Below, piece by piece: positions 43,828 through 59,600 of a stretch of 64,000 nt of DNA. The position numbers and the translations under genes were made by a program. Position 1 is the first letter of the stretch, and every line of letters begins with the position of its first letter. Source of the stretch: the human T2T-CHM13v2.0 reference genome, Homo sapiens; assembly GCF_009914755.1 (NCBI RefSeq), contig NC_060927.1; one strand, written 5' to 3'. A model generated the notes under the pieces. It did not search any database. It was not told the DNA's origin and saw nothing but the letters and a program-made list of their open reading frames with translations.

Positions 43828-46069
43828 GTAAGTCAGGTTCTTGATGAGCTCCTGAAAATATTTGTTTAGTATTCTGAATAATACATATAATTTACAGTGT
43901 TATCCTGAGATAACGAGGAAATGTTATTTCAAATAACAGCTTACTTGGTAAACATGGTTTTCAGTGAGATACTTCCCAGCTATCATGAGAAACCATACAT
44001 TTATTTTAGGTAAGCTCATATCTATAACTCATGTGCCAAGAAAATTATGAATACTGCAGTGAATTGGCTGACATTCTGCCAAATAAGATTTAACTAGCAG
44101 CATCAAAAATACAAATGGATTAATGCAAATTAATTGCTTTGAAAATGCTTTATTGCACTGATAAAAACTACATTTTACTTGAAGTACAATGGGCAAACTA
44201 TAACTCTTAAAAGCCACCAGAAAAGTATAATAAAAAAATTTGAAATAATTGTAATATAAAGTATTAAAAATATGTCCACTTTCAAAGTTTAGCTTACAAA
44301 AAAATGTTATTTCCACATGTCAATTTTTTACTTGAATTTTTAAATTTTTATTTTTTCAAATTTAATTATACTTTCCCACAAAGAATGAGATACACCTTGA
44401 ATGTCCTGGTACACTTTACTTCAACAGTTAACTTAAATTTAGGTAGCTGGAGTACTGGTTCTCCTATTATTTAAAAAAAAAATTTATTTATCAAATCTGC
44501 ATTTGCTTTTTCCTCTGCTCATTTGAATTTTGTATGAAGTTAGAAGATTTCAAAATTGATTTCTAATTATTTGTTTCTCTGTTTGCTTCTAGGGAACTGT
44601 AATGAATCCTTAAAGGTGTAAACATATTAGTCCACAAAATATAGACAGATGATAGATATAGACAGATAGATATACATATATGTGTATGTATATATGTATA
44701 TTCTTATATAAATATAAGTTATATATAGTAGTAATCACAATAAATAGATATTCTTTTCCACACACATCTATCTTAGGCAATGTTTGCTGGAGTCTTGTAG
44801 ACGTGAAAAATGCAACATAACTGCTTGTATTAGTAGGTTCTATTTCCTTGTCATTGTTTTAATAAATCAATTTTTTTCTGATCAATCTTCTAATGTGAGA
44901 ATGATAGAGATGTTTTAAAATAAGAAATTAATCTAGTTAACTGAAAGAAAAACAGGTTGAAAAGTTCCAGGACACACATTCTGAATTAAGGCACAATTCC
45001 ATATCAATGTTTTTTAGTTGTAAGTCATTGTTTATAGTATTAAATATATTAAAAATATGTGACCACCTTAAATTCCCCTAAAGATAAAAGCTTTAGCTCT
45101 TCATTGTAAACTTTGGAACTACATCAATTTTATTTTATGTAAAAACAAAATTTATACCAGGTTTTGTTCTTTATCATTTAGATATGTGTTATTATTAAAT
45201 AAATATATTTCAAAGGAATATAGGAAATGAACAAGGGAACTGAATTATAATAAATTAAAAAATAAAAAAAGCATCAATAAGAGACATTTGTATAGTACAA
45301 TGAGCAAATATACACACACACTACCAAATGACGTCAATGTTTTTTCTCTGACTTCTAGATAAATACTTTACTGACAATAAGAAAGAAAATCCAGTTCCTT
45401 TCATGGTACTACCAACAAGAGTGGAAAAGTGAATTAGATAACCTGAATCTGCCTCCCAGTGACAAAGTTCATATCTTTAAATAGCCCCCATCTCTTTCTT
45501 CCTCATCCACTTGACCACGCCTGTATCTGCCACCACATGCATGCATAAATTTCTCATTACCACCCACGGTATTCAGTGTAAAGAAAAAGTACTTTCCATA
45601 AAACAACAGCTCCTGGATACTGACACTTGTCTGCTCAGTATGTATCTCTTCTCTATAGAATAAAATGCAGGCAAGATCTAGAAAGCTTCAGGCCTTTTAA
45701 GTCCTCAATCTTACTGATTAGCAACAGGATAGGAGAGGTAAACTCCGTCTTCAACGTGCTCCAATCTCTAATTGAATCACAGGCAATTAAATATGTTCTC
45801 TTAAAATTGGCATTAGTTAATAAAAATTATTTCAAAAATATGAAAATGACTATTGTGATCCTTGAGTCTCACAACTAACGAAGCCGAATGTGTCATTCAT
45901 GCAGCTGCCACACACTAGGTGTTCTCCATTTTCTAGGTATGTATCAGAGAACATAAAAGAAGATCCCTGCTCTTATTCAGCAATAATATTGTGGGGTGGG
46001 GGGAATAAAAATTATAAGAAAATAAACAAGATAATTTTAGCCTCCTTAGTCTAGATTAGTCAGAGTAAA

Positions 46070-47500
46070 GTTTCTATATTATCCCAGTCATCAAATATTT
46101 ACTAAACGTCTATAAAACACTGGACACCGTTCCGGTAGTTGTGAATAAACAGAAAGACCTCAGTTCTCATGCACTTAACATTCTAATGGTAGAGGATAGA
46201 CGATACATTAAATAAGCAGGTAAAACACAAAGTATGTTAGATGCTAATAAGTACTGTAGCAAGAAAATAACCAAGGAGAGTGCATAGAGAATGCCAAACC
46301 AATGGGGAAGGGAGTGTCAGGTTTTCATTTCAATTCAGATAGTCAAGAAATTACTCTCTCTCTGAATCAGGTGAGCAAAGTTCTGAATGAGGTGAGATAG
46401 CCAGGGCTGAGAATCACCATGGGGCAAAATATTATTGATGCCTTGCTTGTTTCAAAAACAGTAGGAAAGCAAGCATGCTTAGAATTAGTACTCAGGAAGA
46501 ATCACAGCAAGAGAAGAGCTGAGACAGATAAAGACCTATGTTAGAGGGAGTATACTGATGGTGCAGTACCTTATAGGCTTACAGAATCTTGCAGTATCTT
46601 ATAAAACCCTGTAGACCATTCTAAGGGCTTTGAATTTTAATCCTAGTGAAGTGGGAAGCATTTGGGCTGATATGGTTCGGCTCTGCGTCCCCACCCAAAT
46701 CTCATCTCAAATTGGAACCCCCATGTCTCCAGGGAGGGACCTGGTGGGAGGTGATTGGATCATCAGGGTGATTTCCCCCATGCTGTTCTTGTGATAAAGA
46801 GTGAATTCTCTTGAGATCTGATGGCTTAAAAGTGGAAGATTCCCTGCACTCACCCTCTCTCCTGCCGCTGTGAAAGAAGGTGCTTTCCTCTCCTTCGCCT
46901 TCCACCATGATTGTAAGTTTCTTGAGGCCTCCCCAGCCATGCAGAACCGTGAGTCAATTAAACCTCTTTTGTTTATAAATTACCCAGTCTCAGGTAGTAT
47001 CTTCATAGCAGTGTGAAAACGGACTAATATGTGAGCATTTTGAGGAGATTTCATGTGACCTGATGTATTAACAGGGAAGAGGATAACAAGACCGATTAGG
47101 GTAGTATGGCAAGTAGCTGGAGGAGAGAGGAGCATGAGCAGTATTATTATAGCAGAGGAAGTGGTGAAGAATCACTGGAATTTGAAGATACAGTCTATAG
47201 GGTTTATTGGTGATTAGAGCTAGTGTGTGAGAGAAAGAGAAGAAACAAGATTTTTGACCTGAGCCAGGGGAATAATGGAGTTGTTACTAACTGAGATGGA
47301 GAATCAGGGAAGGAACTGCTTTTGGAGGAAAGACCAAGAGTTCTATGGACACATAAGTTGTAAGACATCTATTAGGCATCTAGGATATCTAAGTATGAAG
47401 ATGAACATAGAAATCTGGGGTTCAGGGGAAAGCTCCAAGTTGGAGATTTATATTTGGAAACAATTATATTTAAAAGTATAAGAATTGATGAGGAAAGTAT
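46070..47500 (-). mobile_element. L2 interrupted by THE1
   Basis: caaatatttactaaacgtcta...ctcatgcacttaacattctaatgg and later antisense L2 text. Confidence 0.7.
46668..47031 (+). mobile_element. THE1D/MSTA-like MaLR solo LTR
   Basis: tgatatggttcggctctgcgtcccc...ggactaatatg; TSD tgggc / tgagc. Confidence 0.92.
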
Positions 47501-50500
47501 GACAGTCACATGGAACTATGCCTCAGGGAATTTCTAATGAGAATATTCTCAGATATTTACAACGGATGTAACACAGAGTTAAGTCTTTAATACATATTAG
47601 CTGTTATTGTTTTTTAGGATTCTGCTTTACGTGCAGTTTCTTTTTATTCATAATAACCAGAGTAAGTAAATACCCATAGTCTCAAGCCTGACCAAAATAT
47701 ATTACTACCCATGTAGCTGAAGTTATATGTCACAGATTATAAGCAAGTTTCAGAACACAGGTGGAAATAAAAGGCAACATTCCTAAGATAGCAGGAGGGT
47801 GAAATGCTTAACAGACACTGGATTCGTGGAGATTTAGCCATAGAGCATCCCTTTCTGATAATAAGTAAATGTGCCATCAGATTGTGCCCCACAAATAGGT
47901 TTATATTGCTCTATATTGGGATAATTCAGAGTCAAACTCAGAAGTAACTTGGTTGGCATGTAAAAGTCATAAAATATTAAACTTGGCCATATTCTAAAAG
48001 GAAAGTGAAAAGAAAGACTAGCAGAAAATATAAAAATGTGTTGGGGTTGTGCTCTATGATTTTTTACTTTATGTTTGCCACTCAAGAAATTCTTCTAATT
48101 AAGCAAGAATAAGACACATGAGCATTTTCAGTTATTTCAAAATACAATTTTTTATATTGCTTTAAATCATAACCTTATTGAGCTCTAATTAAAAATAAGA
48201 GGCGATAGTAAGAGTAACAAGTGTTTCTGCAATCACATTACACTGATTTTAAAGAATGAGCTTTATGAGTAGCAAGAGATTCAGAGTGATTTCAGTCCCA
48301 TCCCCAAGGAAACCCTGATAAAATCTATGGTAACATTTGCTGGTCTTTCCACATTTTTGCTTTTATGTTTCAATCATCAAATTCGGCAAAACAGATTAGT
48401 CACTCGCAAAAACTCATTTTTCAGTCAATATCCATTGTGTTTTTCTTGTATTTTTTTCTCATTTGAATCACTGTTAAATTGTGTAGCAAAATGAAAATTA
48501 GTATTTTCTTGGTCAATCATATTTCTATCCAAGTTCCAAGATGCAAAGCATAAACACTGAAGTGGTCAGTTAGGAATAATCCCTCATGAGCCATTGCTCC
48601 ATCAGCATATTTGCACTTGAAGTTCCATTAGCAAACATTACTCAGAGTATCACATTATAAAATATGTTACACAGACACCTACACCTTAACAGATACTGGA
48701 AGGCTGCATCTATTATGTCACCTAGTGGATAAAAAGAAAATAGCAAGACTACACCCTATATATTTGGGGGCAGCACTCAGATCTTAAAGTATTTCTTGAG
48801 TTTACAGTACCTGACTAGAAAAATTGTAGAAGCAATTGGATAATAGATGTAGTGACTTCTGGTTCTCAGGAGAAAGGGGTCATAACTTAAACATAAAGTT
48901 ATCTCCAGAAGTGAGAGAAAAGTTGAGGATCTGGTGATAAGACGTAAGCAGGATTTTGATTGTTTTTCATAAAAGCTAATCCAAGTCCTGTCCAAAGAGA
49001 AATATGGTATAGATACTACTGGCACATATCATGCAAGCTACTTCAAACTTCTCTATATATGTGAGTTGATATAACTGATGAGACTATCATTTTTGCTTTC
49101 AACAGCTATAGAATTATTATTTCCCTCAGAAATGAGGAAGTAAAGCCAAATCCTAATACAGCAAAATCATGACCAGACATGTGTTTTAAGGGTTTTGAAA
49201 ATCAGCTTGTAAGGCAATTTTATAGATTATTCAAAAGTCTAATTACTCTCAGGAACACAAATGATTGAAATACTTTTCTACAAGAGATGAGAAGCTACCT
49301 AATCATTGTCAAACCTAAACTTAATTGATAGTCACAATTTTAAACCTCAAGGCCTTACTATTGGTTAAGGGTTTATATTTTTATTGAGTATATTTTAATG
49401 GAACTTGACTCTCCAAATTTTGACTGAAACTTGTTTTTCCTGACACAAGTATGTGACCTAGATATGTAGCTTACAACTCGCATAGCACAATCCTCAGAAC
49501 TGACAGATACATTATGCAGTTTAATTTTTCTTTTTAAATAAAAAAGATTGGCTCTTGTTGGAAAGTTTTACTTACTGGAGAAACAACCAGCAAATTCAAA
49601 AAAGAAAAGAAAGCTCACATATCCTTACAATTCCAAAAGAAGAAAGATGCCCATATTCTAATCAATTTACGTGAACTTCTCACTTCATCCCACTGATGAA
49701 TAGTTACACAGCTGAAAAACAGGCATAAAATCTGTCAACAATTGTAACATGACTAGTTAAGGAGAACTGCTGCTAGTTCCACTTACACTGATCTGAAGCA
49801 TAAATATAGTTAGCTTGGGCAAGCTTGTCAACCAGGTCATCTGCCTTAGGCATGAACCTAGCGTACAGCAGTTTTGATGATTCTTTACTAGATTCCAACT
49901 GTTAAGCAACTCTAATGCTATTTTTCTTAGGTATTGGTGTAATTGTCCCTGACTGAGAAGTGACTTAGTTTCTTTGTGTTCCATGTATCTGTAACTTGTT
50001 GCCCAAGGGACTTGTCCCAGCCTTCACTCATGTCATGTTCCATTAGCTATGATTAACTAGGAGTAGATTTAAATAGCCTAAAATGTTTTTTTTTCTAAAA
50101 ATGGAAAAAGTAAAGGAATTGAATTTTCAATTATTCATAAAGGTTTTTCAGGTGAGTGAATATGTGTATGGGCTCACGTGCATGTACAAATGGGTTAGCA
50201 CCTGTTGTTTTCTTCTTTAACCTGTACTGGTAAAAATAGACATAAGATAGTGATAGGCACTTCAATATTTTCATTAGCCTTGGATTCCCCAGTTGGCCAG
50301 CAATAAGACTTACTCTAATTTTTTGGTATGTAATAAAGCCTAACATATACTACTATAAGAAGGAATCAAAAATTAACATTAAGGCAATAATATTGAGACT
50401 CTGCAATATTTACAAAGATTTTCATCATGACATTTTTATAATAGTAATGAATTGATAATGATTATTAAGCATCTCTTAAATATTTAAAATATGAAAAAAG

Positions 50501-51319
50501 GTCTAAACTCATTTAAATGGAAAAGTTTTCATTATATTTTGTTAAATTAAAAAGTAGATTACAAAGTCCATGTATGATATAATTGTGTTTGGAGGGAGAG
50601 TACTAAATATTCATAAGCAGATATGTAGGCATAGAAAATTACCTCAAGAGATATACTTTAAAACGGTAATCACCATTATTCCTTGATAAAAAGATTTCAA
50701 GTCAAGTTTTGTTTCTTCTTTATTACTTGTTATGTAGACAAATTTGTGGTATATCCATACAATGAAATGCTACTCAGCAGTACTAAAGAACTAATGGTAC
50801 ATATAACAACATGAATGAATCTCAAAATAATTATACTAACTGTTATTCTAGTCAGCCTGAATTGTCCATCTACAGATCAGTAACCAAATATATATCTAAA
50901 AGGTGTGTCATCTAGGAGCTTTAGTGAAGGTGAAAAATAATTAATTTCCCATCTTCAGAAATAAGCCATCTAATTGCACATTTTGCATGATGGAAACAAA
51001 ATGTTATGTACTGCTGAGCTAGACTGAGAGGCCTGGTACAAAACTGGCATGTTCCTTAGAGTCAACATGAGTTGACTATTATCTAAAGACATCCTTGGTC
51101 TCTTCAAAATTATGTATGCTATGGTTCAAGACTGAGCATTATATTGGAAGGGAAAAAAATGACAAGTAGAATGAATTAACATTCTGTTTATTATTCTACT
51201 GTTAAAACAATAATTTATTAATTTTCTGTAAGATCATATGCTGTAATTACAGAAAAAAAACATTCAAATGTTGCCTTAGCTTTGATTCATTCTATTAAAT
51301 ACAAGATGCATGAAATTAA

Positions 51320-51790
51320 ACCATTACAACATTGTGAATTTCCCGGTTTTGATAACTGTACGATGGCATGAAGTTGTTAATGTTAGAAGCATGTAAATTC
51401 TGCATTATTTTACACCATTTCTGTGAGTCTAAAATTGTCAAAATTTAAAAAATAAAATAAAATTAAGTCAAAATTAAAAGTTTAAAAAATAATAATTATG
51501 CTGAATTAAAGAAGCCAGACATTATACAGCATTATGCTACATAATCCATTTATGTGAAACTTATAAAAAGTGCAATCTATAGAAACGAAAAACAAATAGT
51601 TGGTTGTCTGAGGCTGGATGCAATCAGAAATTGACTGCAAGGGGCATAAGGGAACTTCTTAGTGATAATAAAAAATGTTCAAAACCTGTATTGTCATAAT
51701 CATTGCATGACTGTATATGTTACTAAAACTCATTAAATTGTACACTTAGAATGAGTGCATTTTATGGAATATATCTGCATCCAATAAAGA
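51320..51790 (+). mobile_element. Old L1M (MB/MC/ME) 3' fragments
   Basis: aaagaagccagac...aaaactcattaaattgtacactta...caataaa. Confidence 0.7.
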
Positions 51791-51806
51791 TTAAGAAAAG
51801 AAATGT

Positions 51807-52251
<445 letters not shown>

Positions 52252-52544
52252 TCAGTCATGTAATTAAACAATGTACAGCTGTGACAAGAAAGAGAAAGAA
52301 CATATATGTGTGCAGATAAAGAAATATTTCTAAGATGTAAAATAACAAAACAGAACACAAAACAGTATGTATATTAAGGTACACTTTCTAAAAGGAGAAA
52401 ATACCATAACTTGTATATTTTTCATGAGTATAAAAATATCTGAAATCACACAAAAATTAACAGACGGGCTGAAGGAATGGAAAACAGAAAATGAAATTAT
52501 TACTTTCACTTTAAGCTCCTCTATTTAATTTTAATCTTATATAT

Positions 52545-53160
<616 letters not shown>

Positions 53161-54049
53161 GACAGCACATGTTCTATTTTAAATAAAATTTATATTTTTA
53201 AAATTCAAGATCAAGAAAACACATATATTTAAAGTAAGATAATCAATGTATAAATCCCATTACTTATTCATTCACTGCTGATATTTCAATAGCATTTAAA
53301 ACTTTCATTTTAGAAAGGTGCAGTAATTTACCAGTTGATATTTCTAACTTTTAATCTATAAATCCCAAATATTTCTTAACATTCTTGTGTAAAATAAAAT
53401 GACCCATTGTTATGTCCAAAGGAAAAAGCCAGTTCTTTTCATCTTGTTTCAGAGATTTCTTTTATATTCACTTTTCTTCATTTTCCTAGACAACCCTCTC
53501 ACAAGACTATATTTCATTTTGACAGCTATGATACTGTCACTTGTTTACTTCTCATCAGATAATGGACTTTGGTATCTGATTAGCTTTACTTTATTCTTGA
53601 AAGAAAAATGTCATCCTGAGGCTAACATATCTTACTGATAGCTGTCAGTACAGTAACCTTTAGCACCTTCCCCAAAATACTCTAACAACTTTCACAAAGC
53701 ATACTGCAAACAAAACTAGCTGTATTCAAAAACTGACATTTATAATTTGAAAAAGGTTTCTAATAATTATGGTCCAAAAATCTATAAAACTTTTAATTTG
53801 CAGGAAACTTGCATGGCTTATCAATCACTTTCATGATCAGGCACTGCACAAGGACTCATAGCTAGTGTCACTATCAAAATGATGAGTATGGTATGATTTA
53901 TTTGTCCAATTCTTCTAAAAGGGAAAATACTTTTTATCTTGAAACTTATTCTGTACAGTGACTTCAGAGTTTTCAACATTAGCATTAGGAAACAGACAAC
54001 TGACTGTTTCTAAAACTCAGTAATGTGTAACCAGATACACCATGACTAA

Positions 54050-54554
54050 TAATAGGGTTAAGGACATGCTACCTCAAACTATGGCACCTTGGCCTTCGAG
54101 TAAACAGCAGAAGCAAGGACCCTACTCTCATTTTCTCCTACACTGCCGTCATGCAGAGTGTCATTGCTGAATTCTCTGAATATTGCTTGAAGAAAATATT
54201 CATTCCAGAAATATCACACTTATATCCAAAGGAAAATACACAAAGATGCCAAGAAGAATCTAAACAAAAAGGCCTGAGTTACCCCAGTTTATTACCATTA
54301 GATCACACTTCCTTTTGTGCAATCGTATTTCTTCATGACTTCCTAATCTTCATTAAAGCTAAGCATCAAAATACAATTTTTTTTCTCTTTCCTTGAGACT
54401 TTATTCTGGAAGGCTCTCATGTCACATAAAATTTATGATTAAATAAATGTGTATAAATGTGTATGGTGTGTATGCTTTTCTTTTGTTAATCTGTATTTTG
54501 TTATAGAGGCCTCTGCCATGAACCTTACAATGGGCAAGACATTTCTCCCTTACA
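54050..54554 (+). mobile_element. MER34/MER39-like ERV1 LTR
   Basis: agggttaaggacatgctacctcaaactatggcacc...ttctcccttaca. Confidence 0.55.
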
Positions 54555-55437
54555 CTACGACTAATCCTACATTTTAAATGTGTTTATTTGTGCAGGATAC
54601 TATATCTGGAAGTATTTTTTTTCCCTGAGCCATTGCTACTCTTATTTTGTCATCAATTTTACCATAAACTGACATAATTATGAAAAATTTTTCTGTTTAT
54701 TAAAAAACAAATAAAACAGTATCTTACCCTAAAGTGCTGGTTTAGAGAGTTGGGTCTCTTCATGCTTGAATGAACCCGCCTAGTCTACACAATCATTTTG
54801 GCTTTGACGTGTTGAGTTTATTATTATATGAACTTTACTGGTGTTGAGGTTATTTTAGAACTTTCATAAATAACTAAAAATTATCTCTTGGCGAAAAGGG
54901 ACCCTCCAAAGATGGGCCAACCCTAGTATGTGTTAGGTAATGAAGAAAAATAGACGAAGACTATTGCACAACCGATAGAGTTCCATCTCTATCGATCTTA
55001 CTCTGATTTTGAGTTGACACCCAGAATAAGGGGAAGGTGGATGGAGATGGATGGGAAAGGATAGATGTGAGAGACACTGAGCAATAGAATCCATAATGAC
55101 ATATGACCTATTGGATATGAGTAATGATAATAGGAAGAGGTCAAGGAAGGCTATAAGGCCTTAGGTTTGACCAAGTTAGATAATGGGGAAATGTAAAATA
55201 AATTTAATGAATGAAAATAAAAGCCACATCTACCAAAGTTCAATGTAAAGTAGGCAAGGGCAGCAGGACTAAGTCAGTGGTTCAGTAAAGTTGAGAATAT
55301 TGTCAGTTATAGACATTCAAACTCTTATGTTTGATTTACTTGGAATAAAGAGAGAATTAGCATTCTTATAGAAGGCAACTTACAGATTCCTGCTTTGAGA
55401 CCCAGATTTGTCTGTGTTAGAATTAACAACAGTGGCA

Positions 55438-55651
55438 GGCTGGGCATGGTGGCTCACGCCTGTAATCCCAGAACTTTGGCAGGCCGAGGTGGACAGATAC
55501 TTGAAGTCAGGAGTTCACGACCAGCCTGGCCAACATGGTGAAACCCCATCTCTACCAAAAACACAAAATTAGCTGGGCATGGTGGTGCGCACCTGTAATC
55601 CTGCTACTTGGGAGGCTGAGGCAGGAGAATCGCTTGAACTCAAGAGGTGGA
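55438..55651 (+). mobile_element. AluS, 3'-truncated
   Basis: Stops mid right arm at gaggtgga; no tail, no TSD. Confidence 0.9.
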
Positions 55652-56247
55652 AATTAGTATTCTGCATCAATTTTTAAAACCTAGTTCAAAAAAAAAAGAT
55701 ACTTAAGCAACTTTTGTTTGGCAAATAATTACTTGATGCTTTAGACCTAGATTTGAGCTCAAGTTTCTCTCAAGGGGAGTTATAATTATTCAAGAACCCT
55801 AAGATGGTAGAGATCAAATCGATTATTCTAAGAAAAGTAGCAGCATTGAACCATTGCTTTCAAATAAGCTTATAACGCTTTTATTTAGAGATATATAGAA
55901 GAAAAATAATTGGAAGAAATAGGATTTATGAGGAAAATTATGCTCTGCTCCTTACCCAATGTAAGTCCACTGCCTTAAGTCAGCTGAAAAGCTTGCCTCA
56001 GGCTTGTGAAGACCTAAGTATGGAGATTCAAAGGGTTTAGAAACATTTATAACAATTTTAAAATGTGTTTTGGAAACAATAACAAACTGGTCTGTATAAG
56101 TTCATATTTGCAGTGTTGCTGTTGTTGGTTTTTGTTGGTTTGTTTGTTTTGCAATGTTGGATTACAGCTAAATAGAAACTTTCAAAAACAGTCTTCCACC
56201 ACAGGAAGTTTTTTTAGAAGCACTGTTAGAAAACAAATGACACGTCT

Positions 56248-56654
<407 letters not shown>

Positions 56655-59600
56655 CTAGTTTCATTGAAGTATAATGTATCTAAAAGTTTAAAGAGAGAGA
56701 AGGTGTAAATTAACTTAGGAAGTCTTGAGTGCTATAGTTTAATTAGTAAGTAGTCCCAGAAATCTTTCCTAATCTTTAGGCAAGAAAAGGTTATTACTGA
56801 AAATGAGACCATAATGTAGATAAATATGCTAGTTCTAGTTGCAATTTTTTTGTGAAGACGCAGTTCTAAGTAGTGATCTTTCCTTCCTTCTCTTCTCACT
56901 CTCCCACCACCAGCACAAAGCTTGAAGGAACAACCAATAACAAATAGTCTGTTATATTCTGGTACATTTCCCTATATAGCCAATGACTTATAAAAAAATT
57001 ATTACTTCAAACCCAAGTTTCACCAAACATCTCAGAAAATGAGGTTTTGAATAGCTCCCCATCAGGTATTAAATATAAGCTCAAGTCATCCCATTACTTT
57101 TTCATACCAGAGAAACATTGACCCCCATTCCTCTTCCTTATTGCTGAAAAACAACTTATTAATATGAAATTTTGGAAAAAAGGCTTATAATCTTGTCCTG
57201 GGAGGATTTATTCTGGTTTATTAAGATGTACTATATTTGACTGATGGGGGGAAAAAAACTACCAAGAAGGAAGGAGAAAAAACTTTTCAGGAAACCAGAT
57301 TCCTAAACACTCATGATTTATCAGTTGAGGCCCTTAGCATAAATCTCATTCAAGTGAATAATTTGGTACGATGTAAACTTCAAAAATATGCTCTATGATA
57401 TATTAGCTGAACTCAGATCTTTCCTTTACTCTTAGTCAAAAATACCTATTAGAGAATATGTAAGCTATAATGAAGCAGATGTCATTTAAAGAGCTAATTC
57501 AATAGTCCCCAATATTCATTTATTTTTCTTTTGTTCTAACTGTGATAACATTCATTACAGTGATGTTGCATCAAAGAATACAAATAGAAGGCTTCTTTAG
57601 AAGCAATCATGAAGTTTCCTACCTGAGTTACTCCTTATATTGTGAAGGATTAAAAGGAAAAAAATCTAATCCTGTATCTTTGCTAACCAATGGTTTTAAT
57701 TATAATCTCAAAAGTCATGCCTTCAACTGAAAATGAATTTGCAAGAGACTCAGCACAGATATTATTTTGAAAAACTACAAAAACAAAACCAAAAATACTT
57801 CTGTATTGACGCTAATAAAAGATATTTTTTAAAAGTTGGTATGATAACTTGTATAAAGTTATAAAATGAATATGTGGCAAATATTTTATTTAATTCATTA
57901 GTGAGAGTACCAGTAAGATGTTACTATTGGTTCATAGAATTCAAAGTGTTTACATGTATACAGACAATCAAGAATGCTGAAATAAATTTGCAAATGAATG
58001 TAAATCTGATGAATATCCACATGGCAATAATCACTTGCGTTCTACTGGACAAAATTTAATAATTTGCATAGACAAGAATTATTTGTGTTACTAAATAGTT
58101 CAAAGAAGATGAAAGGTACAAGGCCAAATAGAACCAGATCACCAGGAAAGGTGTGTTACGCAGGACACTCAATACTTTTTGGGTTTTGTCCATTTCTATG
58201 CCATTCACAAATTTTCCCTACAAGGCTGTCAACTGGAACCGTCTGTTTTTGTATGTTGTGTACTATTGCTGTTCTTGTTGTTATTCTTTTCCCAGTGTAT
58301 CCTAACACAAGAAGAGACAGATAGTTAAGCTTCCTTAAAAGTGGAATGTCCATACAATTGATTTTCAAAAAGCTTAGATGCAAGACATTTGAGAAGGGGA
58401 TACATCAGGTCACCTGACTCTGTGCCTAACATCTTTTGATGACATGTATAAGCAGCCATGCGCTCTATGTATAGGTTTCTTTGCATTCTCTATATGAAAA
58501 AAATGCATTTTTTTAATCCACTATCATTAATTGGTGCTTAAAAGCGCATGTTTGTTTCAGGAAATCTGCTTGACAGTCTATGGTGGCAGAAGAAAAATTC
58601 CATAGACACTTTGCTCCACCAGTAGAGTGTAGAGTAAGCATATAGCCTTTCAGATTAGGAACTGAGTGAGCATCTAGCCTTTCAGTAAATGGGAGTGCTA
58701 GAAAGCAGTGGGATGTTAAACCAGCAAATGGCTTCTGTGGCGGTGGCCCATGCCTTACTGTGGCTACTCTGTCTTACACTGTCAATTTAAAGCTCTGACC
58801 AAACACAACTTAAAGGTGATTGGTGCCCTCTGAAAAGGAGCTACTCGTTTCCAGAAAGGCCCTATTAAGCAGGCATCAGTGTTTCCTGGAAACTTGAAAG
58901 GGATATCACAAGCCTGAGGGTCCTTGGTCCTTCTAGCTTACTCCTCTGAGCCTTCTTGGTTGATTAAGTCTGAGGTTCTTGTGTGAGGTGCTTTGGGGCA
59001 GTCCACACTGTGAGGTTGGCAACACAACACTTCTTTTTGTGATTAACCTCCCCAGGGCTCTCAGCTCAAAACCTTGCACTTGAACTCACTTCACTTAAAA
59101 TTCTACAAAAGCCAGAACCCCTGAGGTCTCATTGGCTTCTAATGAAATTTGTCTTTTCTGCCAAAAATTTATCTTCTTTAACAGAAGCCTATTTCCTCCC
59201 ACCCATCCTCCCTTTCGGAAACTGTCCAGCTGTGGGTCAGACCTCATATGCTCTTCTTCTGATACCCAAGATAAATCTGACTTTGTGCATACCATCATTC
59301 TGATTCAAATAATTACACGCTTGGTTTAGTAGGGGGTGCCAGCCACAAATGTGATAATTTCTTCTTCCTGCAGCCTCACACAAAGAGGTAATTTGTTCCA
59401 TGCCCCCAGCAACAGGTGAATGGCACAAAACATGAGCAATGCATGCATGGAGAGAAAGCCACGTTTTATGGATAAAATGGGTGACAGAGAAATGATCCAT
59501 GTGCACAATTACTAAATTTGCATTAATCATTTTGGGATGGATGCTTTCATTGTATGAGTCTTGGGAAATTTGGCAGAGGAAAGCTGTTGCCTAGAGAATA

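Noticed and set aside
45329-45336. Full CRE TGACGTCA (another at 62441-62448)
   Set aside because: Isolated 8-mers without promoter context; the second lies in an LTR-like repeat
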